The notes under the pieces are model-generated. The model saw only the letters and a program-made list of their open reading frames with translations. It was not told the origin of the DNA and did not search any database. Position numbers and translations under genes: made by a program. From sequence record LC819005.1: a DNA stretch of 64,000 bases, one strand, 5' to 3'. The first letter of the stretch is position 1; every line of letters starts with the position of its first letter. This document shows positions 63,848 to 64,000 of this stretch, in pieces.

Positions 63848-64000
63848 TTAGAGTGCGCCAATGGTGGTATTGCGAACGAATTCTTTCACAGCTTCCATGT
63901 TCAGTTGCGCGACGTACGCGGAGATATTGCGCGCACAGACTTCACCCGGAACTTGCATGCGGCCGATTAGAGCCGTCGTGGTGTCAAACGCTTTGCTGGG
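63848..64000 (-). CDS. Partial hypothetical protein, 5' end outside the window
   Basis: Open frame ...PSKAFDTTTALIGRMQVPGEVCARNISAYVAQLNMEAVKEFVRNTTIGAL-stop. Confidence 0.55.
   Translation of the reverse strand, partial: PSKAFDTTTALIGRMQVPGEVCARNISAYVAQLNMEAVKEFVRNTTIGAL

Noticed and set aside
1-64000. Integrase, transposase, rRNA or bacterial chromosomal context
   Set aside because: None seen; gene content and organisation fit a lytic jumbo phage genome throughout.

Overview
A 64-kb segment of a lytic jumbo phage genome. It is probably phiKZ-related (Chimalliviridae-like) and infects a GC-rich proteobacterium; this is inferred from gene content, paralog families and TATATTAC-like promoter motifs, as no chimallin or RNA polymerase gene lies in the window. 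Nearly all genes are on the minus strand. In order: a non-coding RNA island (about 1.5-4.0 kb) with four canonical tRNAs (Gln, Asp, Asn, Tyr), a tRNA-like RNA whose anticodon loop carries a 35-nt hairpin insertion, and three candidate structured ncRNAs of about 750, 330 and 190 nt; an HNH endonuclease and dcd; a large tail-fibre/adhesin module (8-34 kb) with two collagen-like fibres, chaperones, LamG lectins, a glycine-rich adhesin and paralogous virion proteins; class Ia nrdB/nrdA; NAD-dependent DNA ligase with a catalytically degenerate paralog; lytic transglycosylase, DHH phosphoesterase, SNF2-like helicase, permuted papain-like hydrolase, HslV-like Ntn hydrolase, DHFR and many hypothetical ORFs. 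The most notable observations are the RNA island, a tail-fibre knob module inserted in the NrdA C-terminal tail, six putative adhesins sharing an N-terminal MLExL(L/I/V) peptide, and a hairpin+TATGCCG element repeated more than 20 times. All pairings and similarities were judged by eye; no searches or folding programs were run.
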